Below are positions 37,757-53,000 of a stretch of 64,000 bases of DNA, one piece after another (positions within the stretch are counted from its first letter, which is position 1; every line of letters starts with the position of its first letter). Origin of the DNA: Lytechinus pictus (lineage: Eukaryota); the NCBI RefSeq assembly GCF_037042905.1, contig NC_087252.1, positions 16,184,001-16,248,000 on the forward strand. The letters are read 5' to 3'. The position numbers and the translations under genes are program-made. The notes under the pieces are model-generated. The model saw nothing but the letters and a program-made list of their open reading frames with translations. It was not told where the DNA came from and ran no database searches.

Positions 37757-37915
37757 TGGGTACGTCGTGGTCTAGTGGTTCTGACTCTCACCTTTCAACA
37801 GAGTGTCGTGGGTTTGAATCCTAGCAAAGGTGTTTTCCTTCAGCAACACATTTATCCACTGTGCTGCACTCGACCAAGGTGAAGTGAATGCGTACCCGGC
37901 AAGATTAATTTCTTG
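37757..37915 (+). mobile_element. tRNA-headed SINE, 5' part
   Basis: A box GTGGTCTAGTGG, B-box-like GGTTTGAATCC, then core TGCTGCACTCGACCAAGGTGAAGTGAATGCGTACC also seen (minus) at ~53405-53450. Confidence 0.75.
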
Positions 37916-40535
37916 CAGCTGTAATAAAAGAATATGGGATGAAAACAATGCAAAGGACAGTATGTCAGCTACGGGTTCAAAACATCAATGCTTGTCGTGC
38001 GTGCAAGCTTTCTTGAGAAATTGATATATTTTTCTAAAATATCGAGAAATTTGCATAATACACTACCCTTCAATTGAATAGTACCAATTAACAAATATCA
38101 ACAAAACATTTTGTACAATATGATAAAGAAATTCATGTTTAACCATAGATTAGCAGAAAATAACCCGTTATATTAATGGGAGGTTGCCCAAATGATGACA
38201 AATACCATACCCCCCCCCCGCCAGCATATTGATTTTTTTCCAGGGGGGGGGGGGTGTTAGAAAGGACGTGTAATCCTATATTGGGGATGACATTTGGTCT
38301 TTTTCAGTATTTTTACCATTCCTCACAAGTTTTGTTTCAGCTATGCCACTGCAGGAGTACAATCTGTTTTATTTAATGAAGCTTTGCAATTTTTTCCACT
38401 GAAGTGAATTCTTACACAATTACCTTTCACAAACTCCAGTTGTTTTCTTGTAAACGGTTTTCTGTGTTCAACACCTGTAGTTTCCTTCTCAGATAATCCT
38501 GGACCATCTACATTATCATCCAGTGTATCCGTCGTCCAATCTTAAATGAAATAAAATCAATTTGAGTGTTGGAAAATATGCATGTGCAGATAAAAACAAA
38601 AATATAATACTAATATAGTAAAACTTTCTTTAAGCTCCAAAATGCAATGATTCACTCATATACAGCATCATGATAATTTTTATTTCAACATATGCAGCAA
38701 ATTCACTTGAAAATATGTTTGAAATTGATGTCACAGAAATAAAATTCCCCCACCAAAGATTTTCTGTGTGTGCATGCTGGAAATATATAGATCAATATAA
38801 CACAGTTACTCTGCTGCGTTACGTGTTTTGATCAGCAATCATGTAGATATGCAAGAGAAAATTATCCAATAGAAAAAGAATGATCTGAAGTCATATTTCC
38901 AGAGCAGCAGTTTTCAAAAGGTAGGCCTAATCAATTAATTGATAACATTCAATATGATTTTCTTTTCTTGGTATTGACAATCACAGTAACGGATCCAGAT
39001 GGGCAAAATTGACCTGTGCCCCCCCCCCCCCTTGAGAGCAATAGTCAATGGCCCGAATTCAAAAAGGTGGTTTTTAAAACCCCGGTTGAGTCCATGTTTT
39101 ATGGAGATTTCCTGTATAAATTATGCTTATTTACAGCGTATATCAAAATATGTCCAATACTGATGCGCGCTTTTGTCACAGTGCGCCAAATTGACGCCTG
39201 TTGCCGTGGTTATCCACGCTATTTTAATCACGAGTCCACTGTTTTGAATTAATGGCCCGAATTCACAAAGGTGGATTCTACAAAATCCACGGACGAATCC
39301 ACGGATTTTGCAAGATCCACAGTCCCCGGATTCGCTTTTGTGATTCACAAAGGTGGACTCGACCGAATCCACGGATTCGACCAAGCCTATTACGTCACGA
39401 TTTCGAGTCAACTGTTTGGGGTGGTCTGAACAGTGGACTCCACAGAATCCGTGGATTTTAGGCGTAATTGGCCAATCACAGCGCAGCATTTGGGTACATT
39501 TTATGCAGACGATCGCTGGGCGGCAATTTTGCAGCTAAAAAAGTGGAACACTGGACGTGAAAGCACCGTGATATAAAATACATGCTGGACCGAGCTCCGA
39601 GAAAATTGTGAGTAATTTGACATTTTGTTTTGATGAGCAATATTTTTCGTAACTTTTTATGCATTGATTTGTAAAGTAATGTACGAATTTATGTCACAAA
39701 ATGCATGTATCTTAGGTGCGGTCATATGAGAGTCGAGTTAGTGAATAATTCTCCTGCGGAAATGGTTTTGCGTAGCCCCATAAGTGCATTTCTGTGTTGG
39801 TCTTTCGCGAGCTCTGTGACACTGCTAGAGTTCCGTTACGGACCCGTCGGCCGTCAGACGATTAGACCCTTGACTTGTTCCCTTTTTCACTCAGTTCTTC
39901 CGAAATTTCTGATTCCTCCTGACCCTGTCGCTGGATTTTCTTAGATCTACATGGTCTATCCTACTCTAGCCTGAACTTAGGCTCCTGATCCTGGAGAATA
40001 AAAATCAGTCTAGGCCCTAATCTAGACTGTAGTCAGCTGTCAGTGTCATGTCAGCCGTCTGTCTGTTTCGAGTTTTTTAACATTTTAAATTATTTTTTTT
40101 TATGTTTCCTCGTACACAGACGGTTCATTATTGTGCAGCCACCATACTGGGGATTGACAATGAAAAATCTCCCCGACGTGCTCACCGATCTTTGTCTTTA
40201 ATTTTTTTTTTTTTTCATAAAATTAAAAATATAATTAGGCCTAGGCCTATATTATAACATAGGCCTAGGGCTAGGCCCTACTAAAAAGTTAGGCCTAGGC
40301 CTAACTAATACTATTATAAAAGATTATTCCGTTTTGGCCTGAATTTCATGCACGGTTTGCATCAACACGGGGAAAATAAACTTGAAAGTTGAAAGAAAGG
40401 GGGAAAAACAGTGACTTAGGCCTACTTCGTCTTCGGCTGTCGTGCGACTTCACTTCACAGTTTTATCCGAACTTAACAACAACAACAACAACTTAAGTTA
40501 AATACATAAAAATATGGCTGTTGAGTCCCCTGTAC

Positions 40536-40850
40536 TAGCCAGGCAACTGATGTGTGCTTACTCTCAATGAAGCCAGGTAATAGGTATTCCTTCCCATTCA
40601 TCTGTGTGTACCGCCAAAAAACCTGAAACTTTCGCCCCCGAGATTTCTAATTTCCTTCTAAAAGATCTAGCCCTAAATCATGTACATGGGATACAACTTC
40701 ATTTCCGACATTTCTACGCCATTGATTTTATTTTTAAACAAGAATTCATTTTTAAAAATGAGAAAAATATTATGAAAAGACGGAAGAGACTTGCCCGATG
40801 TTTACGCCGCCATCTTGTTTCCTATTGTTCTTCGCCAACTTTCCACTTAA
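40536..40850. mobile_element. Truncated copy of the hAT-type MITE family seen at 1957 and 24679
   Basis: TAGCCAGGC..CTCTCAATGAAGCCAGG..GTACCGCCAAAAAACCTGAAACTTTCGCCCCCGAG; right arm absent. Confidence 0.75.
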
Positions 40851-40920
40851 TAGATGTCCTCACCAAAAATATGCCTGTGACTTAAAAAATATAATTCCTT
40901 AGTCTAGAGATCTAGATCTG

Positions 40921-41750
40921 GGGTGGTATTCTGAGATCCATTTTATCTCAGATAAAATAAAATATTTTATCTCCGTTAAAATCAGTGAGATAAAATACCC
41001 TTAAAATCTCTCAAAATTGGTTTTCTGAGAACAATTTTATCTTCATTTTATCTCTGTAAGAAACACCTACTTTTTAATCAATATCCAATTAGAAACACGC
41101 TTTTATAGCTCTCTTGTGTCACTCAACCAATTGAAATCCATTCCGCGAGGAGGTGTGGCAAAGGAGTGAGATTGCGTCAATTTATTGACTTCAAATACGC
41201 TTACACTATACGCTTACGCGTCTTTATACAGATTTCTTTTTGACAAAAAGGACAATACTCTCATCTTTTTTCGAAGTCTATATCCCATCTTTTCAAGCAT
41301 CATTTCAAAGACAATATTAGTCAAGACAAGCCTTTTGAAATACTTTCTGATTGTACAGGAATAACGTTAAGGTGGTATTCTCAATAAATATTTAATTTTT
41401 CTTCATTTTCGGGTCAATATTTGGGGTTAATTCACCTAGAAATATTGGTGAAATCAACGTCGCGGAGATAAAATAGCCCCTACCCTCTTTTAAGTTTTTT
41501 CTTCTTTTTTTTTCAAAGTAACTTGGGCGCAAGCACATCATGCGCGTTGCAATACCCAGATACGTGATGGGTATGTCTACGCAGCCACTGCTCTGTATTG
41601 CGAATCGTCATAGATACGCAAGATAAAATTATTCGCAAGATAAAATTTCAAATTTTAACTGAGAGATAAAATGTCATCTCAGAATACCAATTTCATTTTA
41701 AGAGATAAAATAAAATATTTTAAAGATAAAATGACCTCAGAATACCGCCC
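40921..41750. mobile_element. Harbinger-type MITE with CTG TSD
   Basis: CTG|GGGTGGTATTCTGAG ... CTCAGAATACCGCCC|CTG; subterminal AGATAAAA repeats. Confidence 0.85.
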
Positions 41751-43079
41751 CTGGACTATATGGAACTGAATATTTTTTTTTAATTTGCTAATTGTCTGTG
41801 ATTATGAAACTTGTGACATTAATGAAAATAAATGTTAAGAGAGTGCTTGGTGATAATTTATGAGGACAATGCACACACCTTTTCAAAGCTAGAGATGGAA
41901 CAATGACAACTTGGCCGAAATGACAAACATTGTAAACGAATGGTCAGTGGTCTAAAAATAATAAATATTACAGACTATACATGCAAAATTGCTCTTTAGA
42001 ACTTCATAAAATCATTTTATCCTAATTAAGAAAGAAGTATGGATAAACAGATCTACATGTACATGTATGCAATGGCTTATGATGGCAGTCTATGGAGAGG
42101 GTATGAGGGGGGGGGGGGGGGGGTAAGTAGGGAGTTTTTTCTCGGAAGGCTGTGCTGAGACCTGTATAAGATGTTGTTTTTTATTTGTATTTGTGCATAA
42201 GTTTTTTTTTTTTTGGGGGGGTCTAGTCTAGAATTACCGGTATGTGCAAATTCTAAATCACGTAAATGCTCAGCAAACCAAACAGAGTGTTGAGTGCTAA
42301 CATGTATGTATGATGAATTTTCTTTAAATACATTTCCTCTATTTTTCTTGAATTTCTAGTTTTCCACGCCAATGTCAACCCCCTTTTCCAATATTATTTA
42401 TATTGAATGACATATTTGTTAAGTCTAAAATTGACATTGGGTCTGAAATTAACATATTTGTTTATGTTGGTTCATGAAAGAATCGATCTGACATGCAGAC
42501 TATAGATAGACCTATGTATTTCTTTAGCTATGATTTGATTGCCTATTGTCAATATGTATCATTCTGTACAGTCTCTAGCCAGTGTGATCACAGTGACGTT
42601 ATTAGAGCTACCAGTCTACCACCAGCCAGAGTAATACTGTTACTTGCCAGCGAATAGTTTCTCAGAACGGGTGGAGTACGCTGTTGATATCATTCTCCCA
42701 TTGAAGGTAACACTCGTCCTTGTCCCAATAACTTGTGATTGATCTGTAGGATTGAATTTTATCATTGATTGCACATCATAGAAATCAGAAGCATAAGAAA
42801 TTAAATTTGGGAGAGCAGTCACATGTATTTTTAGCAAAGGAAAAAAAATGGGCCTTTTCAGAGATAAAATAGGGGACGTCCTTACAGAGATACAGTAAAA
42901 TGAGTAAGACAATTTTCAGAATACAGATTTGAGAGAAGTTTGGCAAACTGTTATCTCAATGAGTTAATAGATAAATACTAAACCTCATTCTAGTCTCATG
43001 CTCATCTAATATGTATTTTCTTTGCCATTGAAACTTTACCCTCTGTCATTTTCATTTTCTATGCAGAACAAATACCGGT

Positions 43080-46000
43080 ATGGCAGAAAATCACCGTGCT
43101 CATTTGATGCACCTTGATCGCGTCGACAGGGTCAGAGAGGTAAGCTTTTGTTTCTATTGAAAAACATACTGATGCAGTGCTTATCACAAAATATTTCCTT
43201 TTTTTATAACTGTCAAAAATTGTTTCTAAATGTGGAGGAGATATTTGTTGAAGCACTAGTGATGAAACCAACATGACAAATATTCGTTCCTACTTGCACA
43301 AGCAGTGACAATTTTCATCCAAGGTATAAAAAATGGATTGAGCCAAAATGAACGAAAGTACGGCAATTAAAGCACCAGATTACTTGAAACGTGACTTGAT
43401 GTATGCAAATTGCAATGTATGTATTAGTAAAAAAATTAGGAAAAGAAAAACAAACTTAATCCTAAATAGACATGGCTATTTCCATATGATACCTAAGAAG
43501 ACTAGGAGGGGGGGGGGGGGGTGGCTAAATGTTTACAAACCTTGCCTATTGTTCAGGGAATCTTGAATTACCACTTTTTTCATGTTTACTCTAAATTATT
43601 TTTCCATGTACACACAGATAGCCAATAGGCCCAGACCTCAAAGGGGATTACAAGACAGAATGAATCCTTTTGAGTTGTACGTGGATGAAGCCTTTCGAAT
43701 GCGGTATCGCTTGTCAAAAGAGACTGCGCTCCATCTCATCAACATGCTTGAGGGTGATCTGAGGAGGAATACAGAACGTAATGAACCACTACCTGTTTTT
43801 TTGCAGGTTCTGACAACTTTGCGATTTTATGCAGTTGGTGAGTTCATATTATCCACCAAATATGTATGATATTGGATGCGCTTGAGGGGTATATCATACA
43901 TGTATATATTGCATTCGTCAGTCTCTGATTATTGCACTAGTCTATGACTCAATGCTGGTGAAAATAATTTGTTTAATAAACCACAAAAGATGTCATTGTT
44001 ATTTTCATTATACATCCACACAACTTTCCATGACATTACTTCAATTTATAAATGTCAACAAGAGAGAGAGAGGGGTGAAGTGGCATAGCCCCCCCCCCCC
44101 AAGATCCCCCTTTCATCTGTACACCAGTGCATGAATTTAGGTTACATTAAAGCAACTCATTACATTACTAGTAACTGGTGTAAAAGTTTTTTGTGCAAAG
44201 TAATCCATTTATAATAATATTGATTAGCTAATGTAGACAGAATCCTAGTTAACACTGATATCAGAATTGTCTAAAAACCTTTAATCAACAACATCAAACT
44301 AAATATGTAATATTCTGTCCCCCCTCTTGAAACGAAAACAAAAAATTGAATTTCTGGATGTTTGACCATAATTCAAGTAATCATTGTCATTACAAGGATC
44401 GGTGTAACAAATGTATTTGCGTATTGATTTTTCTAACACCAAACACCATGTTTCACTACGCTCAATATGTTTCATCCCATTATATTTTTCAATATTCATT
44501 TGTTATTTTCTTTATCTATGTTCTATTTATAATTGTTTTGGTTTTATTAGGAAAATTATCCAGTTCAAATTTTATACATTAGAATTTCTTTTTCTAATTC
44601 AGGTTCATTCCAGAGGATGCATGGGGACGAAGCATCAATGTCCCAATCATCTGTTTGCAGAGTCATCAGAGATGTTTCTGAGGCTATTGCAAGAAGGAAG
44701 AGAGAATTCATAAGATTTCCAACTATGAGAGAAGAGGTTGAATCTACCCAGCAGAGATTCTACGAGTACTGCGGGTTTCCTGGCGTCATAGGTGCCATCG
44801 ATGGGACTCATGTATACATTAGGAGTCCTGGTGGGGAACAAGCCCTGTACTTTCTTAACCGGAAGAACAGGTATTCCATCAATGTGCAGGTTAGATTGCA
44901 TTTTTAATATATTACCGGTACTTATCTTCATAAACGTATACTCTGTTATGCCAGTCTGAAGTTTTGGTAAAGGGTCGATAATGTGACTTGTACTCCTATC
45001 ATAATTCCAATGTCACTAAAGTATAATAGCGGTCATTGATTTCTTTTTTAAACATTGAAATTTAGATTGTTTTATTTAGCACCCTCTCTTTGTAATGTAC
45101 TGTATTTTTCTTATTTTTCCTTTAAATATGCTCTTGAGCATTTTCATTAGAAATTTATTTATTTAGATATTAATTAGATGCTACAGTCTAAGAATTTATT
45201 TTCAGGTACTTTTGATATACTTTGATATTGATTTTCATTTATATGTTTCTCATAAAATGTTTTTCCCCTTTAATTGATTTGTTTTATTTTAAGAAGTTAG
45301 CATATATATTAATATGAAAAGATGATGAAGAAGGTGTTAAGAAGATGAAAAGAAGATGATGAACGAATTCAATTTATCATGTGTTTTTTTCTTTCTCCTA
45401 TTGATGTTTCTCTGTGTACCATGATTAGGTTGTTTGTGATAATGCTGGAAAGATAACAAGTATCGTGGCAAGGTGGCCTGGCAGCACTCATGATTCACGG
45501 ATTTTCAATGAGAGTGCACTGAAATTGCAGCTAGAGGCAAGAGCAGATGGTTCTGGGTTGTTGCTTGGAGATAGTGGGTATGTCGATTAAAAAAAAAATG
45601 TAACCAACTACATGTACTTAAAAAAACCTTCACTTGCTTCCCGTAAAACAACGCATGAAATATAAAATACTGCTTCTAACAATTTAGATGAAATTTTCAG
45701 TGTCATGCTTAATGAATTTTTCTCTTTTTAGTCAAATCAAATTTTTGTTGGGATGGACTTGTCCTTTGATATAATGGGCATAAAAATACACCTCTGTACA
45801 CATCAAAGAGTCCTTCATTTATTATGATTTTTTTAGAAAGTAAAGCAATGACAGAAAAGAAATGTCAGTATTGGATATTCAAAATTTACATATCAATATG
45901 ATGTGTATGAAATGAATGAATCCCTTGAAGTTATATATCATGTAAATGATAAGCAATACAAAAATGTTAAGTAATTAATTATATGGGCAAAGAGGACAAA

Positions 46001-47053
46001 ATTATGATGTTTGAAATAAAGTATATTGGGGGTTGTAAAATGTCAAAGATTTTCACTCATAATATGTTAGCAATTTTTCTACTTCACTTAATGCCATTTA
46101 TGGAATCCTCATGAAATTTTCTTCTGAAAAAATATAGTTTTGTAAGGATAGGATAATTTTTATTTAAGTTATGACCATTTGATTACCGATAGGTGCACTA
46201 TTCAATTGTGACATAACACAAATGCGGTGAGTTCAAGATGCGTGGCCTTATATATTTGTATGTAAAAGTAATTTTTAAATTTCATGAATTATAACTGCTA
46301 CATAGCTAGGGGGAGGGGTGGTGGAGTGGCTGCTCCTCCCCATGATTTTCAAATAGTAAACTAAAACTAAGGGTGATGAAAGGAAGAAGAAATATGCATT
46401 TCAGTTTCAAAATGGATATAGACCACACACAAAATTAATGAAAATAACATGTAACTTTGATTTACAGAACATGTTTCAAGGTAATCAAACCTTAACCATG
46501 ATAATTATAAACAAATTCATTGACATTTTATATACTTTGGATATTATGGGGTTTTTTGAATATTTATTTTAGGTCTTTTTGTCATCGTGAAAATGCAACA
46601 GAATACTTACAGAAGTCCTTTGCATTTTTATTTGGCAAGTTTTGTTCAATATTATCTATGTTCACTTATTATTTTGTTTCTTTCTCATTATTTTGCAGGT
46701 ACGCGTGCCTCCCCTTTTTGATGACTCCCCTCCAAAACCCTCTCCAACGGCCAGAGATGCGCTACAATCATGCCCACAAGAGAGGCCGCTGTGTTATTGA
46801 GCGCACCTTTGGCCGTTGGAAGAGGAGATTCCCTTGCCTCAATGATTTGCGTGTGAAGGTGGACACTGCATTCATAGTTATAGTGGCATGCTCGGTCCTT
46901 TGGAATATATCTTTGGAGTGGCGCGAGGAAGAATTTCAAGGACCTGAGCCTGATAATGATATGCCACTGGATCACCTTCCTCCTGGCCACCGCGATGCAG
47001 TCGCTGGTAGGCTCAGGAGAGAACAGATCATTGAGGATCACTTCACCCGCTAA
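43080..47053 (+). CDS. Harbinger DDE transposase (HARBI1-like family), 5 coding exons: 43080-43139, 43618-43837, 44603-44889, 45429-45577, 46699-47053; 356 aa, no stops
   Basis: All introns GT-AG and phase-consistent; motifs FRMRYRLS, LRFYAVGSFQ, GFPGVIGAIDGTH, NRKNRYSINVQVVCD, ARWPGSTHDSRIF, LLGDSGY, YNHAH..R.VIERTFG.WKRRFPCL; catalytic D-D-E intact. Confidence 0.93.
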
Positions 47054-48023
47054 TCCAGGTAACCACTCAGAACAATCTGCTCAAGCCCTTGCTGTTTTTT
47101 CAGTCACTTCAGAGAAAATCTGTGAATGCTGATGCTGTCAAGGTACTTGTTATCATTCCAGCAAACAAGAGTTTTATGCAACTACATTTATATTTTTAAT
47201 TATGTTCTTAAATACATGAAAAAGCTGTGAGCATCAGAATCAGCAGCCGAGCCTAACCGGGGTAATAGAGAGCACCTAACAAGATAATAATACCCTAAAT
47301 TAAATCTCAGATGAAATATAATACAATGAAGATGGCCAGTTTACAAATCATCGGTTGTCATTTTATTGAATTCTTTTTGAACCATCTTGACATCATAACC
47401 GCAACTGAAATTTATGTTTTAAAAGATCATATACATTCTGCAATATTTTATACCTCTGCCATTACGTCCTAGTAAAAGCTACTACTGTCATTACTAGCCA
47501 CTTAAGAATTACAACATTATTAGAGAATTATTGATTTTCTATTCAATAGCATTTCATGCAAGCTGTCACAGTTCTATTATATCAGTTACTCTATGGCAAA
47601 ATTTACATATTCTTGTGCTGTTTGAAAATTATTTTACACAAGTTAAAATTTTCATTCAATTGAAATTATTTCTCAATTTGGGATGTGACAAGTTATAGAA
47701 AAATATTCAGAAAATCTTTATTTTGGAGTTATTGTTGAGTGTAGTCAGGATGGTTAATTACTTTAAAAAAATATTTGTACTACCAGTGAATGTAACTAAG
47801 GATGTAAGGTTAGCTGCATGAAACTCTTTTTTGCAATCAACTATTACACTTGATTGGAATGGTTTCCCATCACTCACTCCTAATGTAAACATTTTCCATC
47901 GATGCACCCAGCACATCAGGTTACCTGCATTACTCTTAGAATTCTTTGTCAAGTAGCTTCAACTTCTTCACTCAATGTTGGAAAACTTCTGGATTTGATC
48001 TTCCTTCTTGTGTTGGGATTAAA

Positions 48024-48282
48024 AGGGATACTCCAGGCTGAAAACAGTATGATTTGAACAGATAAAGTAAAATCAGACAAACAAAACACTGGAAATTTCA
48101 TTAAATTTGGACAACAAATAAAGTTATGACATTTTAAACGTTTTTGCAAAATGTTGTCAAACTTTAAAATTCAATAACTTATTTTGTTTTATCAGATTTT
48201 GATAAAACTTTCAGAGTTTTGCTCTGTTCATTTTTACTCTTATTTCTTTAAATATAATTATTTTTGGCCTGCAGTATCGCTT
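48024..48282. mobile_element. Internally deleted, degenerate TTAA-type MITE
   Basis: TTAA(A)AGGGATACTCCAGGC ... GCCTGCAGTATCGCT; resembles the ends of 14584-15188. Confidence 0.55.
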
Positions 48283-50089
48283 GAACCATCCCTGATGACT
48301 CTTAACAACAAATGATTGGAACGTTAATGCCATGTCTCCATTGCAAGTACCTCTTTGTAATTTACTCCTGTTTACCTTGTTTTTTATTATTGTTCACTGT
48401 GTTCCTTCTCATTTCAACAAGCATGTTGATGAAGTCAATTGCTTCATCCCGTACAATTCAAATGGATTCTAATTTCTGTCTTAAAATATTTTTGATAAAA
48501 AGAATCATTCTGTAAATTGTGGTATTAACTGGAAAATTTGTAAGCTTCATGATCCCACATTCCCATTTTCATTAATTCAGAAAGTACTCATCTTTTATTG
48601 ATGAATGTGTTTTTTGCCGTGTGAATCTTTTTGCTGCAGACTATAAAAAAAAGGACTAAAAAAAATCACTTCCTGGTATTATATATGTGAAATGCCACTT
48701 TATATGTTATTGATGAGAAAATTGAGACAATTCTTTATATCATTTCAAGAGAATAAATCACTTATTGCATTATGAAACAGATTAATTGTGAATGCTGGTA
48801 AGAAGTGTCCTGTGAAATTACAGCACTCTTTGAGACTCTGCTGCAGGCAATACTATTCTTGTTTTGTATTTAGAAATAATGTCAACTCTTTTTATGCCCC
48901 AATTGCAGAAGTTGGTTTCCAATGATTTCTTTTTTCTGTCAACAACAATAACCTCTGATAATGCATCTACTGGGCCTACAGTTAATGAATGGATAAATAT
49001 TGTGCAATGTGTATGTTATTGTTGCCATACAATGAAAGAATGATACAGAACAATATTTAATTGAGTGATTGCAATTTCAGGAAATGCAGTTTATTTGCAA
49101 ACTATCCATTCATTTACTTTTCTCATCAAATTGAATTGATGTCCTTTCCATTGTCGGATATATACATGTAAGGCATTGGAATATGAATTGAAAGAAACAT
49201 ATCACATGTGTTTTATTTCAATGAACATTATAATTCTAATGGCACATGGTGTAATATTACTGTGATTTATATACATTTTTATTGAATATATCACAGCATA
49301 TATTCATTTTTCAATAAACATAGCGTTTATTTATCGATATCTTATATTTCTACGTCTAACATCCCAACAACTGACATTGTCGTGGTCCAATTCTTAGATA
49401 TTAAGAAGACTGGTTTTAAGTGAGTCTTTCGATACTTGTGTTTGATATATGAACATATATACAAAATCTTATAATTCCATTGTATTTCTTTAAGTTAGAG
49501 AAGTGTGAAAATCATTCAGACAAAGACCAGATCCTTCTAACTAGGTTTACTTTAAAAAATAAATACTCACTTTCTTACTGTCATGCTCTTCGTGTATTTT
49601 CCAATTGATAATGCCGAAGTCATATATCAATATTCAATAAATACTTAATCATCATAGAGAGTGAAGAATATATGTACATTAATAACATAAATATGAAATA
49701 TAATTACCCATATCTGACATCTGAGCTGGACATTTTAAACTTTATTGCCCTAGTTTTCATGAATGTTGATAATGAGTCAGGTACTGTATACTATATTTGT
49801 TTTTCTCAGTCTTTCTAGTACATTGTCATCCATTACAACAACATAAGGACTAATTTATGAATAGATAATGTCTATATACAGTTCTTATGATATAAATATT
49901 CAAATGAATTCTCCCAACCACATCAGCAAATCAAGAACTTCTGTAATTTCTTTAGCTATAAGTATTTGATATAATCTGCAGTACTGTTTATATAATATAT
50001 ATTATTGGATATTATAATTTTAATTAAATTCAATTATTAACAGAATATGTGTACATGCATGGATAGACCATAATTGATGATTTCAATTC

Positions 50090-53000
50090 TTAATCCTCGG
50101 AATTAGGGTAGCCAAGGGCTTCTCTGTTCTTTGCTGCTTCAGTACATTTCTGTAAAGAAAAAATGTCCATCTTGATGGCATGTTCAGCATTGGCAATTTT
50201 CATTTTATTTTCATATTCAGCGTTGATCAACTTCATTTTGATTTCGTGCTCTTTGAGCATAAGCCTCATTCTGAGCTCGTGCTCTTTTTTGTCCAGCTCT
50301 AGAATGGCTTCCTCTGTTGTCACACGAGCTCTCTTGGTGCCTTGGCGACGATTTTCCAAGTTCCTCTTTCGAGGTGATGCATTGCTGTTAAAAATTATTG
50401 ACCAAAATAAAAAATTTATTTAATTAAGATTTAATGGTATTCCATGATAGTATGATGTATTTGAATTTCAACAAATTAGTTTTTACATGCATATCACTTG
50501 ACTTGCAGAAAAATAGTTTTAACAGTCATAATCTATTTAATCATAGTTGAATAATAATGTAAATTGTGGTTATTAATGGGTGGAAAATGTGACAAAATAA
50601 TATATTAAATTGTTGTCTGTTATCAAATTGAATTGATTTTGCTTTGAATTATTTCAGGTATTATTTCCATTGATAAGAGTGATCATGGTCTTTCAAGCTC
50701 GTCAGGGGGGGGGGGGCAAATAAGGTCTTTCAAGCTCATCAGGGGGGGGGGGGCAGGGATACGTCCTTTGCATGGGTTGTGGCTCGTCAGGGGGCAGACT
50801 GCCCCCCCCCCCCAATTCAAAATTATTTGAAATATTCAGAGATAATAGAATTAGAAGAGTAGGTTGGCAAAAAGGACATGAATAAAGCATAATTTTCAAA
50901 ATTCTAAATCATTCTACATTTTAATCTTCAAAAAATATATATGTATTGTGATGGACAACTTTACATTGCACTATAATACAGAGAACTTTTATCCACTTGA
51001 TTTCATTGCTTTGCCTGATTTTTCTTTGTAAGTTTAAAACATGGATTGATATTTAATGGCAACCTTTGCAAAGTAGAAACATGAGCAATAATTACCATGT
51101 AGAGGAAAGGGACGGTGCAAATGGTCTTCCAACGCTTGAAGACTGATTGCTGTAGAAGAGAAGCAAAAGGATGGTTACCCTCAAAAGAAATTTGAACATG
51201 TTGATAATACATTTATATAAGAAGTTCCTTTGTCCTTATGAATGACATTGCAAATGGCAAATGACACTTCTTTCCACTCTTAATTTTAATTATCTTATCT
51301 TCATTTATATATAGGCCTATGTTTCAATGATAAATGACCACAGAAATACTTCTCTGAAATAACCTCCATTCTACCAATTATCATTCCTGTTTATTACCAG
51401 TTTAAGTTTCATCTCTCCTATTGATGGTCAAAGTAGCCCACCAAAGACAGAAATGACAAAAATATGCATGCTTTATCAACAAATTAGGTTGATAATATTT
51501 GCAATTTAATACCTTGTTTTGGGGAAGTCATCTGTTTCGTCTCCTGGCTTATCACATTCATCAACGACTTCTTTTGACAATGATGCTGATCTGTAACGAA
51601 GCAAAGTATAATATGACAGTCAGTGGCAAGTTATTGTTTTCTTTTGTGACATATGCTTCTTTTTCATGACTACTTAAAGTGATTGCCCCATTTTAAGGTA
51701 TTAATGTAAATCATTTCCCGTCCATGCTTACGTTCGCATTAGTGGATTAGTGAGATATGTCTGCTCTTAATGAATTCCTAAAATCAGTCCTTAAAATGTC
51801 CCCTTTTCTCAGTATACCTGGCAAATGAGCGCGTTTCAAAAATTTTTGCTGGTGCCCCCCCCCCCCATGCCATACGCCACTGATGCCAGTCATTCTTGCA
51901 AAGCAAAAATAACAACAAAATGATTTAGAAATCCATTATTGGTATTGTTATAACTACTAATGATACTCTATGATACAGTTCCGATATACGTTGATAATGT
52001 TTAACATAGATATATAAATGAATGTAACATTTCATAATCCTCGAGCATTATGTCGTCATTTGTTTCCGGATAAAAGAGTTAATTCAGTCTTTATACCTCT
52101 ATTTCAACTTGAGTGAATAATGAACTTTGAATTTGATATATTGGTCGATAGCATTAAAAAAAAATACTACATTATAATATATTGAAATTAACAAGTTCAA
52201 ATCAAATATCAATAATATCATTGATATATCTTAGAGTTTTTCATACGGTCATTCGTAAACTGTCGTTAATTGCATTTTCACAGAGAAACTTCATCTTTTG
52301 GTTTAGACTCCATATAAAAATCATAGATATCAATTGTTTGTTTGTTTGAAATGGAGGCCGGAGCATGGGGAATAAACAATCTAAGCAATCCCTGGGGAAA
52401 AACACAATTATATATATTGAATAATTACATTCATGAATAAATACAGATAATTGAAACAATTATAATATTTTATGTGGTATTTACCTAGGACAAGATAGAT
52501 ATGAAGATGATGCATATGGTCGAGAACTGCTGGAAGGATGGTTGCTGTAATGAAGAAACAAGATATACCAATACATAATATATAGGTCAGGCCAAGAACA
52601 TTTTGGGTGGAGCATGCAGAAGCGGACAGAAACAACATTTAATACACGTTTTTGGTTTTTCGGTTTACAAAATTTTAGGTGGATGTGGGGGGGGGGGGGG
52701 GGAAATGCGCCCCCCCCCCCACCACGGTGCCGCCATGGTATTCAGAGAATGATGATTGCGTACGGTATTAATAAAACATGGATTCAATTTTGTCAACTTT
52801 GTCATGTGACCATGATCTAAATTTAAACGTTTCATACCTTGAAGCTTCAATGTCACTTGTCAGGTCAATAGGGATAGAGGCCGTGTTGGAAACAGGTGTA
52901 TGGCACTGGGGTGTCTCAACTCCGGAAATGTGTCTGTAAAGATAATTCATGTTATTAAATTTGTTATTATTATTATTATTATTATTACTATTTATTCGGC

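Noticed and set aside
38424..38470. Homeodomain call from RKPFTRKQLEFVK
   Set aside because: Only an N-terminal-arm-like fragment; no helix-3 WF.N motif found downstream.
43080..47053. Domesticated host gene HARBI1
   Set aside because: Flanked by intact TIRs and TSD and paired with a Myb/SANT gene, so it is a transposon gene; no symbol assigned.
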